DNA from: Octopus bimaculoides
Lineage: Eukaryota
Length of the DNA: 64,000 nt
Direction: 5' to 3'
Assembly (NCBI RefSeq): GCF_001194135.2
Contig: NC_068989.1
Span: 12,602,177 to 12,666,176 of the forward strand
This document shows positions 1-13,600 of this stretch, in pieces. The translations under genes and the position numbers were made by a program. Positions within the stretch are counted from its first letter, which is position 1; each line of letters starts with the position of its first letter. Under the pieces are notes generated by a model, which ran no database searches, had not been told where the DNA came from, and saw nothing but the letters and a program-made list of their open reading frames with translations.

Positions 1-118
1 ATATATAGGTAGATAGATAGACAGATAGATATATAGATATAGATATATATAAATCACGATTTATTCGTGATCAGAAGCGCACGTAAATCGAGGTTTTACT
101 GTACACACACACACACAC

Positions 119-171
<53 letters not shown>

Positions 172-1683
172 CAATGCATGCAGCTACCCCCAAACACACA
201 CATATGTATCCCTATATATCCACACTTATAAACACAATGAAGCTATCAGATTCAGATTACTATTGTGGACATTTGAAATATGGCACTACCAGATAATTTA
301 CTGAATGGCAGACACTTTTGTAACAAATGAAACTTTCAACCAGATAATAACAGTATCGAATGGTATTCATCACCTTGCACCTATTTTATAAATATTTTCA
401 GTAACATATCCTCATAGTATTCCAGAAAAAGTACGTTTTGTGGAAAATGTATAAATTGGAAAATATGTTTCATCCATATCTTTTTTACACATCGATTGCT
501 CTCTTAGAAAAGAGAGAAACCAATAGAGGAATATCGCCCTAGATATGCAGAAAGGCAGGCTTCTCAAAAGTAGAAAACATTTCGTCGTAAGTCAACATAA
601 CAGGAAAATGTTTAATGAATGCTCAAGTAACCCGTATCAAACACCTGCATACTATGCGACATATGTATATCTAAATACTACCGATTCGGCTTTATAGCTA
701 GGTTTATATATTGCCTGTTGCATATAAATATAATATATTGTTCATTAATCCTAGCGATAATGCTTGGTAAATCTCCCTTTTGTTTTAAATCATTCACTGT
801 AAATTTTCTTTGTTAAAAATGTGTTTATTCCTTCACCAGCATATTAATACAACATTTTGAGCAAAACTGTGAGCAAATTCTTTGCAAATATTTTCTTATG
901 CATTATAAGATAAATCTCTAAGACTTGTAATCCCCAATGCTAATTTGAGGCAAATTTCTTCATGAGAGAGATTATTTTTCAATTGACACAGATCCATAAA
1001 TTTGCTAAGAAAAAAATAGTCGATAAAATCAACCGCATTACTTACCTTGTACCGGTGTTATTGATAGCAGAATTCTGGAATAGAAGTTTCACGTTATTCG
1101 GATTAGAACTCATAATCGATACAACAATTTTCCTTTCGGTAACACATAAATATTTCCTAAATTCAAACGCCTACTTATATATCAAAAGAATCCAATATAT
1201 TGACTTCTGAAGCAATAAGTATTAGGGTCATTTTTCTAACCTTTGTTAATGTCTTTCTTAACTTAGTCAGGACCTTTGAGGATTTCTAGTACAATTATTA
1301 TTGTCGATATGAATAGAGAGTTTTAACAAAAAGCGATATCGGATAATGTTCTATTGTTGTGAGGACAATGCCGGAATTAGTTTTCATTAATGTAAGCTAG
1401 AAAACAATCATCAATTATGAACTGCGTTGAAATGTATAAGTGAGTAGAGAACGTATTTACAAATCACTGGATTTGTCACTTCTAACTTAGATGCCGTGTA
1501 AACATTTACACTGCAACCATCCGATATCGTTTCTGAAAAATAACATACTAACCTATTGGCACATTGTAGTCCCGATTCGTATTAAATAGTTACACAGGCA
1601 CACACACACAAACATTCACACACTCATTCATTTACACGCACACAAATATATATATAAACATAAATATATAATATATATATGTA

Positions 1684-1746
1684 TAAAGGCGGTGCTCCAG
1701 CATGGCCACAGTCAAAATGACTGAAACGAGTAAAAGAGTAAAAGAG
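1684..1746 (+). mobile_element. SINE family C 3' tail fragment
   Basis: taaaggcggtgctccagcatggccacagtcaaaatgactgaaacgagtaaaagagtaaaagag. Confidence 0.85.
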
Positions 1747-2289
1747 TATATATATATATATATATATNNNNNNNNNNNNNNNNNNNNNNNNNNNNNNNNN
1801 NNNNNNNNNNNNNNNNNNNNNNNNNNNNNNNNNNNNNNNNNNNNNNNNNNNNNNNNNNNNNNNNNNNNNNNNNNNNNNNNNNNNNNNNNNNNNNNNNNNN
1901 NNNNNNNNNNNNNNNNNNNNNNNNNNNNNNNNNNNNNNNNNNNNNNNNNNNNNNNNNNNNNNNNNNNNNNNNNNNNNNNNNNNNNNNNNNNNNNNNNNNN
2001 NNNNNNNNNNNNNNNNNNNNNNNNNNNNNNNNNNNNNNNNNNNNNNNNNNNNNNNNNNNNNNNNNNNNNNNNNNNNNNNNNNNNNNNNNNNNNNNNNNNN
2101 NNNNNNNNNNNNNNNNNNNNNNNNNNNNNNNNNNNNNNNNNNNNNNNNNNNNNNNNNNNNNNNNNNNNNNNNNNNNNNNNATATATATATATATATATAT
2201 ATACATATATATACATATATATATATACATATTCCTATACAAATATATGCAGAGATACATATATGCATGCACGTCCTCACGATCTAGCG

Positions 2290-2515
2290 ATCTTAATTTC
2301 AATTTCTAAACCGGATTGTGCGTTGTGTCCTTGAGGAAAACAATTCATTTCTCGCTGCTCTGTCACCACATCGACGCCTGACGCGTGCTACTTGTTCAGA
2401 CAACGTCGATTTGTTGGTGAGAGTGAGCTAGTACGCGGTACTAACGCTTGATCACTATAAATGCATCACTTGCTTAAGTTTCTCGGCAAAAGCTGAAGGC
2501 TGATATGTCGTCTTC
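2290..2515 (+). mobile_element. Old SINE-like remnant (family F) with CORE-like gttgtgtccttgag motif
   Basis: aaaccggattgtgcgttgtgtccttgagg...; more GC-rich than its flanks; single copy in the window. Confidence 0.45.
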
Positions 2516-3159
2516 TTCTTGTGAGTCCATAATATATATATAAACAATCAGAGATAAGGGCATATAATTTTTTTTTCTTTGCCTATATGCTGAAAAGAGA
2601 CGCTAAATCGTCGGACCACGTTAAAAATCTTCACTATTATTATTACACATGTAATAATAATGCTGGCCATTGATAACATTTTGAACAGCTTTATCCTTTT
2701 ATATTAGCTAACGTTAAGGAAATGCAAATGATGAGCTTTGTTTTAGGTTCCATACTATTCATATGTAGCCCTTTCAGAATGCTTCATCTAGTCAGATAAT
2801 CCCCATTGCTAGTTATGCAGATGATAAAATAGTCTCTCAAAAGGTACATAACCCTTGAGATGTTGCGCACCAGCAACAGGAGTATGTTGCAAAAAAAAAA
2901 AAAAATCAGTTGAGCTGAGGACCACATCATGCAGCATAATGCTGGAAAATTTCAAACCCTGCGCTAACAGCACACAATATTGAATGAAATAGAGATGGGC
3001 TACATTGGCCTATGGAGGACTGAAATCCTTAAATTAAAATCAGTGCGCGATCTGTATATCTGTAAATATGTTGTGTTGTTGAGAAGCTACAAGGAAGTGG
3101 GGCGCGTGTCAGTGCTTTTAAGAAGGTTGTTTCCCAAATATACGGACGTAGATTAAATT

Positions 3160-3275
3160 CCTGTGCGCGGCATCTTGGGCAAGTGTATTCTAATATTGCC
3201 TTGGGCTGATCAAAGCCTTGTGAGTGGATTCAATGAACCGAAAGAAATCCGGCTTACGCACATACACATTTTTTC
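3160..3275 (+). mobile_element. SINE family C core fragment
   Basis: gcgcggcatcttgggcaagtgtattcta...aaagccttgtgagtggatt. Confidence 0.7.
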
Positions 3276-4900
3276 ATATTTTCATATAAATATTTGTCCC
3301 TGTAGTAAATATATATTTAAGTTTAGTAATATTTCATGTTCGGAATGCGTCACTGCCTAGTTACATGTTTTATCTGTTTTATCGCGTATCTCCAGAACGC
3401 AAGTACACTACAGTATCTAATTTAAAACTTGAAAACTTTGTGGGTGTGTCTAGAAGGAAATGATCTCGAAAGCATTTCTTGTCAATACTGGAGAACGCCC
3501 TCGTTATTTATAAGTTCTGGTTCTGAACTTTACTTTCAATTCTTTATTGGAGAGAGTGTGCAGTGTTTATGGTATAAATGGGTATTAATTTTGTTAGTAT
3601 GACGCAAAATATTGGTCTCACATGATCTTTAAGCTCCAAAGTGAGTGCAGCATTGACATCAGAAGATGCGTTTGTCACATTATTTAAATATTTATAGAAG
3701 CGTAGTTCTTGCCTCACTTTGTAAGCTTCGGTATAAATCTAAAACCCATTGAGAAGTTGCTGAAAGAAAATTACGAAATAATTGACAGTACTATCACGAG
3801 TTTGAGATATACCGTTCCTGCTTGCATTTAACAGTTGCAAGTCTCTTTCAGTAGATTCATAATAACATTGTGTTCAACGTGTTAACGTTATTCTTCTTTA
3901 CTGAAGTATAGGGGGTATGACTTTCTTTATCATGTTTGACGTGGACAAATATAATCTATACTACACTTCACAAACATCAATTCACTAAAATGTATCCCTC
4001 CTTTCAACTAGTGACTATACACAATTTTTAGTAGACTCTATCTGAACGGTGATCAATACTTCTTATATCGTTTTTCTGAACACACGATTCCCCTAACTGC
4101 TAGATATCTTCTGTTTTAAGTGTGTAACTGTAACTTCTGCAGATAGGTAATAAAAGAGAACATATACTCATATTTCTTGTTTCGAGTTCTATTTTGCCGT
4201 TTGTATAATGAAACCACCCCTGCACACACGCACACCCATGCCAGCACGCACACACACACACAAGCGTGTTGCTTTTAATAAGTCATTCATTATTACGTAG
4301 TGACAAAAAGGAATTCAAACGTCTCTACATTACTTTGAAATCGATCATCATTAAAACTTATGTTGGCATAATATCAAAGAGAGTTATTTGACTGGTCTTA
4401 ATCCGTTTTAGTGATTGTATATTATTCCATCATTTATAATATTTATCACAAATAAACTGTTAAAGCATGTCTATGCAATTTCATTTTGAGGTTGTTTTGG
4501 CGTAACAGACTTTTTAAAACTTCAAATAAAACCCCTCTCAACACTTAGGAGCTATCCTAACCATAAACTTGCCTCAAATAGTATGTTTTCTTTTTGAATT
4601 AATTTCAGAAGTAAGAATCAATTACACACCATTTTAATGATTTCTATCATACGGGAATATATCGTACTATTCTGAAACACTTTAAAACACATACAGCGCA
4701 GTACACGCGGATATGTTTACGCATACATACGTCCAATTAATTATTAAAATAACAAATGTGAATCAACCAGTTATTCTCTGAGAATTCTTTCACAACGATC
4801 CCAAAAGAACTCAGATATTACTTCAGTTATATCTTAATGCATTAGGGAAGAATACCATATATTTGCTAGGTAGCTCTTGGTACAATATTTAAGAAGTAAA

Positions 4901-5117
4901 GAAGGCGGCGTGCTGGCAGAAACGTTAGCACGCTGGGTGAAATACTTAGCGGTATTTCGTCTGTCTTTATGTTCTGAGTTCAAATTCCGCCACCAAAATC
5001 GACTTTGCTTTTCATCCTTTCGGGTTCGATAAATTAAGTGCCAGTTGCGTACTGGGGCGATCTAATCGACTGGCCCCCTCCCCAGAACTTTCGGGCCTTG
5101 TGCCCAGATTAGAAAAG
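4901..5117 (+). mobile_element. tRNA-derived SINE, family A, full length with 17-bp TSD
   Basis: Head ggcggcgtgctggcagaaacgttagc (A box), gagttcaaattcc (B box), core gactttgcttttcatcctttcgggttcgataaattaagtgccag. Flanked by aatatttaagaagtaaa (4884-4900) and aatatttaaggagtaaa (5118-5134), 1 mismatch. About 10 related copies in the window. Confidence 0.9.
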
Positions 5118-6152
5118 AATATTTAAGGAGTAAAATATAATGTGGTTTTAACTTGAATACATAGAAACTAAAATCTAGTCAATATGCCCGATTTTCACCT
5201 CCTTTTTACCAATTATATATGGAGGAAGAATTTTCTTCCTTCACGTAATAAAAGATGTCTTAAAGTGGTTTTATTTTGTCAGTAAACTAGAGTAAAAAAT
5301 GATACTACAGATTTATTCTACATAAACTACATTATATAAGTACCATATATTATATATATATATCTACTTTCATATCAAAAGTATAGTTGTTTATATTTTG
5401 CTCAAGAGAATTCCCAGGATAAAAAATTAATGTTCCTGGCTATGATGTCTAGTGTAACTGTGGTTGTTATTGTCATCATTGCAAATAGCTGATTAACATA
5501 TGGTTGTTTAACATATTTTTCATCATTCTACGAGTATTTTCATTTAGATAATTTAGAAAATATTTTTTTAAAGTAACAGAGTTACATATTAGGTATATGT
5601 TATACTTGACAAGGGAGGGGATATAACGAAATAATGTACTTTGACGAAGAGATAAATAGCTTCATTTTGTAATACTTTTATCACTTGAGAAGCCCATAAC
5701 CCTTGGAAAAGGAAATAGTAGACAAGATACAGAGTAGTACTTATTAAAACCATAGGAACGAAACGAATAAGCATGTAGGAAGAAAACAGGAATACTTAAT
5801 CAACCACGGTTTTCCTCATGAGCTCTAACTCTAACATGTTGGAACTTTTAAAATAATTGAATAGTATTTAGTTTGTGATCTTCAATATGATACTAAATCA
5901 TCAGTTGAATATAAGAATATAATATTAACATCCAACATAGCGAATTTCAGTTAGATTAGCAAAATATGCATATTCAGGTAATCAACACATCTTTAATACA
6001 GCTTCAGAAAGAAAAATATTCCTGATAATTATATTTATTTTCTGGTAATATTGCACAAGCTAACTCATGTTCACTGCATCCATGAAATATCAGGAAAAAA
6101 AAAAAGAAACATTAACTTTGTTATGAAATTAGAAACAAAAGGCAACACATAC

Positions 6153-6542
6153 TATTTTACTTGTTTCAGTCTTTTTGACTGTGGCCATGCTGGAGAACCA
6201 CCTTTGGTCGAGCAAATCGACCCCAGGACTTATTCTTTGTAAGCCTAGTACTTATTCTATCGGTCTTTTTTCCCAAACCGCTAAGTTATGGGGACGTAAA
6301 CACACCAGCATCGGTTGGGGGGGACAGACACACAAACATATACCCACACATACATATATATATATATATACATATATATACGACAGGCTTCTTTCAGTTT
6401 CCTTCTACCAAATCCGCTCACAAGGCTTTGGTCGGCCCGAGGCTATAGTAGAAGACACTTGCCGAAGGTGACACGAAGTGAAACAGAAGCCAGAACCACG
6501 TTGTTGGTAATCAAGCTACTTACTACAAAGTCACTCCTATGC
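6153..6542 (-). mobile_element. tRNA-derived SINE, family C (CORE-like centre, internal CA/TA microsatellite)
   Basis: Tail ttttacttgtttcagtc...gactgtggccatgctggag; CORE-like gcaagtgtcttctactatagcctcggg on the minus strand; head aggagtgac..tagtaagtagcttg. Reminiscent of octopus OR-type CORE-SINEs (identity from memory, not searched). Confidence 0.88.
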
Positions 6543-7313
6543 TGAATAATCGTAATATTAATATTTATGGTACTATTCTTATTTTTATTAACACCATCAT
6601 TCCATATCTGAGAGAAGCAACACGAAACACACGGAAAATAATCAGTATAAACAAAATTAAGTGTTATATTCTCGACATTATTGCGATTGTTGTTTAGATA
6701 TAATAATTTCCTGGAACAATTCTTTGGAAAATGACTTAGTAACACCAACGCATTATGTAGCAGAAATGTCACCCTCATTATTACAAGTTATTGACATTAT
6801 ACTCAGCCAAATTTTCATGAAAGTGTTAGAATGTATTAGCCGAGATAGCTATCAGAATTATGTCAATCTTTGTAATATAATGCTTATTAAGATTTCTTCA
6901 CATAAAGGAAATTAATATAGATATGAACATTTGACATTTTCATATCTCAATTATTAAAAATTTGCTTCTAATAATTAGTTGTGCTTTCTATTTGTAATGC
7001 TTCAGAGCTATTTGTTGATAGCAATATATTTTATACTACAATTTAAAAAAGCTAGAACGAACAAAAGTAGTAAAGTGGATAAGAGCATTAAATAGATGTT
7101 ACAGTGTTCGAACTCCGATCATGTATTGAGAATAAAAAAGCAAAGGAATGATTTCAAATACAGAAATTTAACGTAGCAAAAGAAAGTATGTCAGATGTGT
7201 TCAATAGTTAGAGACTTACTAAGTACAAATTTAGAGTCTCTGATATTTACAGTACACTTTCTAAAGCCGCCTTCGTATTCGTAATATTTGTAGTCCCTTA
7301 TATCGTAGCTAGT

Positions 7314-7698
7314 TTTTGGCACTCCGTCGCTTACGACGTCGAGGGTTCCAGTTGATTCCGATCAATGGAACAGCCTATTCGTGAAATTAACGTGCAAGTG
7401 GCTGAGCACTCCACAGACACGTGTACCCTTAACTTAGTTCTCGGGGATATTCAGCGTGTCACAGTGTGACAAGGCTGACCCTTTGAATTACAGGCACAAC
7501 AGAAACAGGAAGTAAGAGTGAGAAAAGGTTGTGGTGAAAGAGTACAGCTGGGTTCGCCAACATCCCCTGCCGGAGCCTCGTGGAGCTTTTTAGGTGTTTT
7601 CGTTCAATAAATACTCACAACGCCCGGTATGGGAATCGAAACCGCGATCCTATGACCGCGAGTCCGCTGCCCTAACCACTCGGCCATTGCACCTCCAC
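7314..7698 (-). mobile_element. tRNA-derived SINE, family B, full length with 12-bp TSD
   Basis: Minus-strand head gtggaggtgcaatggccgagtggttagggcagcggactcgcggtcataggatcgcggtttcgattccc (A and B boxes). Perfect TSD atcgtagctagt at 7302-7313 and 7699-7710. Highly similar to the 23044 and 40275 copies. Confidence 0.92.
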
Positions 7699-9174
7699 AT
7701 CGTAGCTAGTAATCAACCTTTAATATAACGTTTCAGTTCATAAAATCAGAACAATGCACTAAATTGTGTTAAGTTCTATTCATTGCAGCTATGGCAAACT
7801 GATTTTAAACGTTTATATTCATCATTGAAGAAGCATAATAGGGGTGTGAAATCTTCCTTTGCTTTGTGCTCTAAATTCATTAAGGGAACTTAATAGGCAG
7901 CGTCCTAATATATAAGGAATATAGGCCATATCACTTATAGTTCATTTATTGAACTCAAAACTATGGAAAATAGATTTGACAACAGAATTGTTTGAACTCA
8001 GAGCGTAGAGCCGGAACAATTACCGCAATGCTGTTCATTTGGTACCCGAATGAATTAGCCAATTGACCCCTTACGATGTGAAATAACTAAAATAGAAAAC
8101 CTGGACTATTGCAAACAATCAAATGTATGAATCGAACTCCGACAAGAAAATATTCAACCTTAACACAATTTTACAAGATTAAATAAATTTTCGCTATTGA
8201 TTTAAAACATTGAACAGACAAAAATCTGTATTTTATGAGAAAAAATATAATTTTCCTTCGCAAAAATGTTATGCATAATTAATTAAGAAAATCTTCATTA
8301 AAGAAAAAATCAATATTCAAATATAAATTAAGATTTAAAATTTCCATAGACTATTAATATTTAGTATTTTTCACTGCTTTCCAACAAATTTGAGTGAAAT
8401 TTGTCACTTATAAACATTGCTTTCAAATATGAGATGAATAACAATTTCAAAGTAAATTTGCTTAAGAAAAATTGCATCAATATTTGACACCTGAGATTTA
8501 CAATTTTTACCTCTTATGTCAGCTCAAATTTATATATTTGTCGTGTTGATATAAGAGTAATTAGAATTTTGAATGTTTTACATATCATCACATGTATAAT
8601 TTGTAGAAATGAAGAGTGAGAAATATAAAGCGACAACAATACTACGAAAGCTTGATTAGCATGTGAAATAGAGGGAACAGGTTTTATGAAAGCTCAGACT
8701 CTGATGGAAAAAGGAAACAAAGACATATAGTATGAGACATGTAAGAAAAATACGAGCCAGGTATGGGAAGCAGAAAAGGAAAATGTACTAAAACATATTC
8801 TGTAGCTATTGAACTTTAATATATCTGGGGTCAAGTGTGGGTAACATTTGCGTTTAGCTTTTTGGATATGAATGTAAATAATCGTTATATATTCAATCCA
8901 TAGGCAATCCATAGGAAACTGTGAGTGGAACGTAGATTGATACTGATGTAAGGATAGTTGTTAACGAATAGAATTAGGCGCGAAGAACAGTGCATTATGA
9001 TGGATTAGATTGAAGCTTAGAGGATTGGTATGAAACAGTGAATCGATATTTTATATCTGGGACTGAAAGAAAATCATTCATCGATATAAAAAGGAATACC
9101 AAATGAATACGAGAGTTGAATGTATGATTAAAGAAGGGTGGAAAAACTGTAAATTGTACTAATGTCTTGTACAG

Positions 9175-9190
9175 AACCAAATTTGAGAAG
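9175..9190 (+). CDS. Candidate 16-nt micro-exon (TKFEK or EPNLR)
   Basis: tactaat branch point, then gtcttgtacag|AACCAAATTTGAGAAG|gtatgt; all three splice signals are near consensus. Confidence 0.35.
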
Positions 9191-9989
9191 GTATGTTTTG
9201 ATGATCTCTGCTTCACAGTGTGTGAATGACAAAGATGGTTCTGCTATTAATTTTAAGGTCAGCGAAGATCGTCGAAGTGGAAATTGTAAATTGGTTTCAC
9301 TTTTCTAGGTCTGCAAAATAAATGCCATTTTAATACTAATCACCCCAAATCACCTTCTGGATAGTTGTTTAAACCTATTTTACATATATTAAAAGCTGAT
9401 TATTAGCTACCTTATAATGAAATGCAAATTTTACGAACATGAAGGTCTGAGAATGTACGGTGTAGTTATCAGAGACTCTAAATATGAATTTCTTTTCTGC
9501 ACAGACGAAATCAAATATAATAAGAAATGTGTGTATACTCGCGTGGATTCGTCTTGATTTACATCTATATGTGCTTTGCTAATTATATAAATTCCAGGCA
9601 TAATAATTTTAACATCGTACAGTATTTAGTTCTCTCCCACTTATATACATCAGCATAATCTAAAAACTAATATCAGATATACCATAAAATTATTTAGAAT
9701 TATTTTTTTCTTAATTGCCTCATCTAACCAACTATTTGAAGACAGTTCTTTTTTTTTTGGTATGGAGAAACTGGTACGCTGAAGATCAATATATATGAAG
9801 CTGAAACAGATGGGAGCGCTTGTTTTATACAGTTTTACTTTTTATACGATTACTGGAATTTTGATGAAGACTAAGTGGTTATGTCTACCAAATGGAAATA
9901 CTGCGGAAGAAAACCTCATAAATTAGTGCCAATATTTATCATTATTTATTTGAGCAAACGACATTACCTACGAATTTGTGTGAAATGCC

Positions 9990-10600
9990 ATATTTGTACA
10001 CAGCTATACTTCGGGTGATATACAAGTATCATGGTACAAATGTGGTGTGTACGAAAAATGATGGACAGTTATGATGCCCGTCTCCGTCAGGTACTTCGTA
10101 AGAAGGATGGAATTGTGGACTGGCGTATTGTTTTGATGCAGAATGTCTGAACATTCACGACGAAATCACTTCTCTCAAAAACTCCAGAAAGTACTTTTTG
10201 TTGACCGTCCAGCTAGAAGAAACGCAGTAAAAACAGATGAAACCCTTGTAGCTGAATACTTCATGGGATTTCCGGTGAACTTGCTTTGCCTGGCTTCCTG
10301 TGTCAGCGAGAAACATTCTCGGCTGATAGAAGTTAATCCATCAACTGCCTGGAGCATTTCGAATGTTTCTCTAGCCTAGTTTAGCACAAAATTTTCCTGC
10401 ATTAGAAGCATCTAAATTGTCTTCATATCCCCATTGCTTTCAGCACACTAGGCTGCAGCAAGTAGTGTCTGCTACGGTGTATACAAAGCGCCGTTACCGA
10501 TGTGTCCTTCAACGTGGAATAACAACGGTCGGCAGGTTAGCTTATTGGATGTATAATAATCATATATTAAAATTACAACAATCCAGGACAGTTTCCTGAA
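9990..10600 (-). mobile_element. Mariner (DD34D-type) transposon remnant, internally deleted and pseudogenised
   Basis: Minus-strand translation across stops and frameshifts gives KFCAKLG / ETFEMLQAV (N-terminal HTH), EARQSK, WTVNKKYFLEF, LHQNNTPVHNSILLTKYLTETGIITVHHFSYTPHL. These match the mariner motifs TVNxxYY, HQDNAPxH and HPPYSPDL. Confidence 0.85.
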
Positions 10601-10626
10601 AAACTTTAAATCGTTTAGAATATATC

Positions 10627-10673
<47 letters not shown>

Positions 10674-13600
10674 GTACGCATATACGCACGTGCATAAGCA
10701 AATATATGCATATGTATGTATGAATGTATNNNNNNNNNNNNNNNNNNNNNNNNNNNNNNNNNNNNNNNNNNNNNNNNNNNNNNNNNNNNNNNNNNNNNNN
10801 NNNNNNNNNNNNNNNNNNNNNNNNNNNNNNNNNNNNNNNNNNNNNNNNNNNNNNNNNNNNNNNNNNNNNNNNNNNNNNNNNNNNNNNNNNNNNNNNNNNN
10901 NNNNNNNNNNNNNNNNNNNNNNNNNNNNNNNNNNNNNNNNNNNNNNNNNNNNNNNNNNNNNNNNNNNNNNNNNNNNNNNNNNNNNNNNNNNNNNNNNNNN
11001 NNNNNNNNNNNNNNNNNNNNNNNNNNNNNNNNNNNNNNNNNNNNNNNNNNNNNNNNNNNNNNNNNNNNNNNNNNNNNNNNNNNNNNNNNNNNNNNNNNNN
11101 NNNNNNNNNNNNNNNNNNNNNNNNNNNNNNNNNNNNNNNNNNNNNNNNNNNNNNNNNNNNNNNNNNNNNNNNNNNNNNNNNNNNNNNNNNNNNNNNNNNN
11201 NNNNNNNNNNNNNNNNNNNNNNNNNNNNNNNNNNNNNNNNNNNNNNNNNNNNNNNNNNNNNNNNNNNNNNNNNNNNNNNNNNNNNNNNNNNNNNNNNNNN
11301 NNNNNNNNNNNNNNNNNNNNNNNNNNNNNNNNNNNNNNNNNNNNNNNNNNNNNNNNNNATATATACACATATCCATTCTAAGTTATGGAAAATGATATTA
11401 ATATAACGTATGCTACTTAGAATATTGATTACAAGCAGGTTTAATGTTTAAAGAGCATATCTCTCTGGAAAAGATAAAGTAGAAATGTATTTTCTAATAA
11501 CTATAATAGATTATTTTATAAATATAGCTTTTGCAATTACTGTTAGAAAATTGGATATGGTGCCCAAGGAAACTGAAGACAGAGCTGAAGAGAAAGTGAG
11601 AGAGAGGCAGTGAAAATGCAATAGAAACTCCAAAATAGAGAGTTAGAATAGTGGAGAGATAAACAGAAAGAAAACAGATGCATATTTTAATAAATTGTAA
11701 GTTCATTAATATATATACTATTGAGAAAAGTGATCAATCTTCATTTAATATGAGCTTTAGAAATAAAAGCATTCTATATTGCAAAGAATAAAATTGTACG
11801 TTATTTTGCCGGTAGTATAACAATCTAATCTTGTTTTTCGTTGATGTAATTTTCTTGATGAATATTCCAGGGAATAAATAAAATAATTACTGCAGACATT
11901 CCTTGAAAAGGCAGAAGCATTTCTCTATGTAATCGGAAAAATGATTTATCGTTCTTTGCTACATGTATACATATATATATATATAGTTTGGAGGTTTTAT
12001 ACAAAACCTTTCGTGTTTGGCTCAACGAAGGCAGAGCAACTTGCGTTGTGTCCAAAGCATCAACGTTTAAGAATAATATGTAAGATACATTCACACACAC
12101 ACACATGCATATGCGCATATATAAATATATATATGCAATTATATACATATATTCATATACATATATATATATAGTGAATGTTGCTTTATGTTGTAAGATA
12201 GGAGAAAAGAAGCGCATTTAGTGATACGTGATATCGTAGCTAATAACAACATATACAAGAAGACATTACAAGTGTAACGGGAATATGTACGGCAGGACGA
12301 AGGTAACTAACCCTGAGGTTGAGGTTGAATCTGGTTGAATCAAAGCAACAGGGCCATTAGTATGCATAACTATGAAAAATTACGCCCGAGTCTAGCCCTT
12401 ATATTCATCAAAACTTTATTCTCCATTTCTTCCCTGGTTTTTGAAAACATACATGAGTATGCTCTTTTCCAATGAAGCTCAAGAGATCAGACTCTAGCAA
12501 TTTTGCTATGACTTAGTTATAATATCTCTATGATGACAGAGAAATCCCAAGCAAATCGTTTGCCAATAACTTAAACTGCGATCAGTATAGATTTTTTCAG
12601 CCACATCTACATGAAACCTTCTCTGCCATGTCTCATCGTCAGTGGGCTTTCGTTTTAAATTAACTGGGTGAAAATAAATTTCACATCGTCTATATTCAGG
12701 AATCATGTATTCATATAGTATTTGGTTGACTTCAATCGAATGTGAACATCATGATTTCCATCCGCCAACATTTTGATCGTTGGTTACCAATAAGGTCGCA
12801 AGATCATGGTAGTTGATAGAGCTCTTTCTATTTCTAAATTTATCTAAGCTGGACTGTCACAACATTTGCACCACAAACTCTCATTATTACACGTCTGTGA
12901 AATTCATACCGTCCACTCCAACATGAGTCATTCTTACGCAAATCTTAGTACACTCATTCCTCTTTAACCCATATACACCTACGAATCATACACGCAACAT
13001 AGACACTCATACTAACTAGAGCACGGCGCTCGCTATGGAATTTGGACAACACAATCAACAAAGATCTCTTTGCGAAAGCACATCCTCAATATGGCTACGA
13101 CCGCGGCCCGAAGTCTGAACTTTGTTTTAAGGGCAAGAACATACTTCAGCATCTAATAATTATTTCAGTGATTTCCATAATGTTGTTTTGTTCTCAAATC
13201 CGGGACGATGCTGCCGTTGCTCATACAGGTAGCATAGTCCTGAATTCCTTACATGACTCTAATAAAATTACTTACAGACGCAATCATACCTTTGACAGCC
13301 ATGCTCACTTTTCCTTTTGATTTTTTTGTCACTCTGAATATGTCGGTCTCACGGCACCTACATTCAATAATCCGCGTCTTGATTCTCCTCTCATGTCATA
13401 ACTATGGTATTCAATCAATCCAGGCTATACACTACCTATTATGACAACTCCATACACACCAGAATGTTGGTTCGCTCTGAGTTCTACCTAGGCCCCGTCC
13501 CGTCTTTTATGCAATAATCGATCTGTTTATATCAAATATTAGAATCAACTCCACTGATCTTGGATGGGCAGAAATATTATGGGCACCACTCCTTCTTCTA

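Noticed and set aside
12506-12706. Mariner-like DETW motif in a minus ORF
   Set aside because: The four-residue match has no supporting flanking motifs.
13040-13450. Possible LINE endonuclease remnant on the minus strand
   Set aside because: Only vague resemblance; no intact APE motifs (E-T, YxP, GDFN) could be read.
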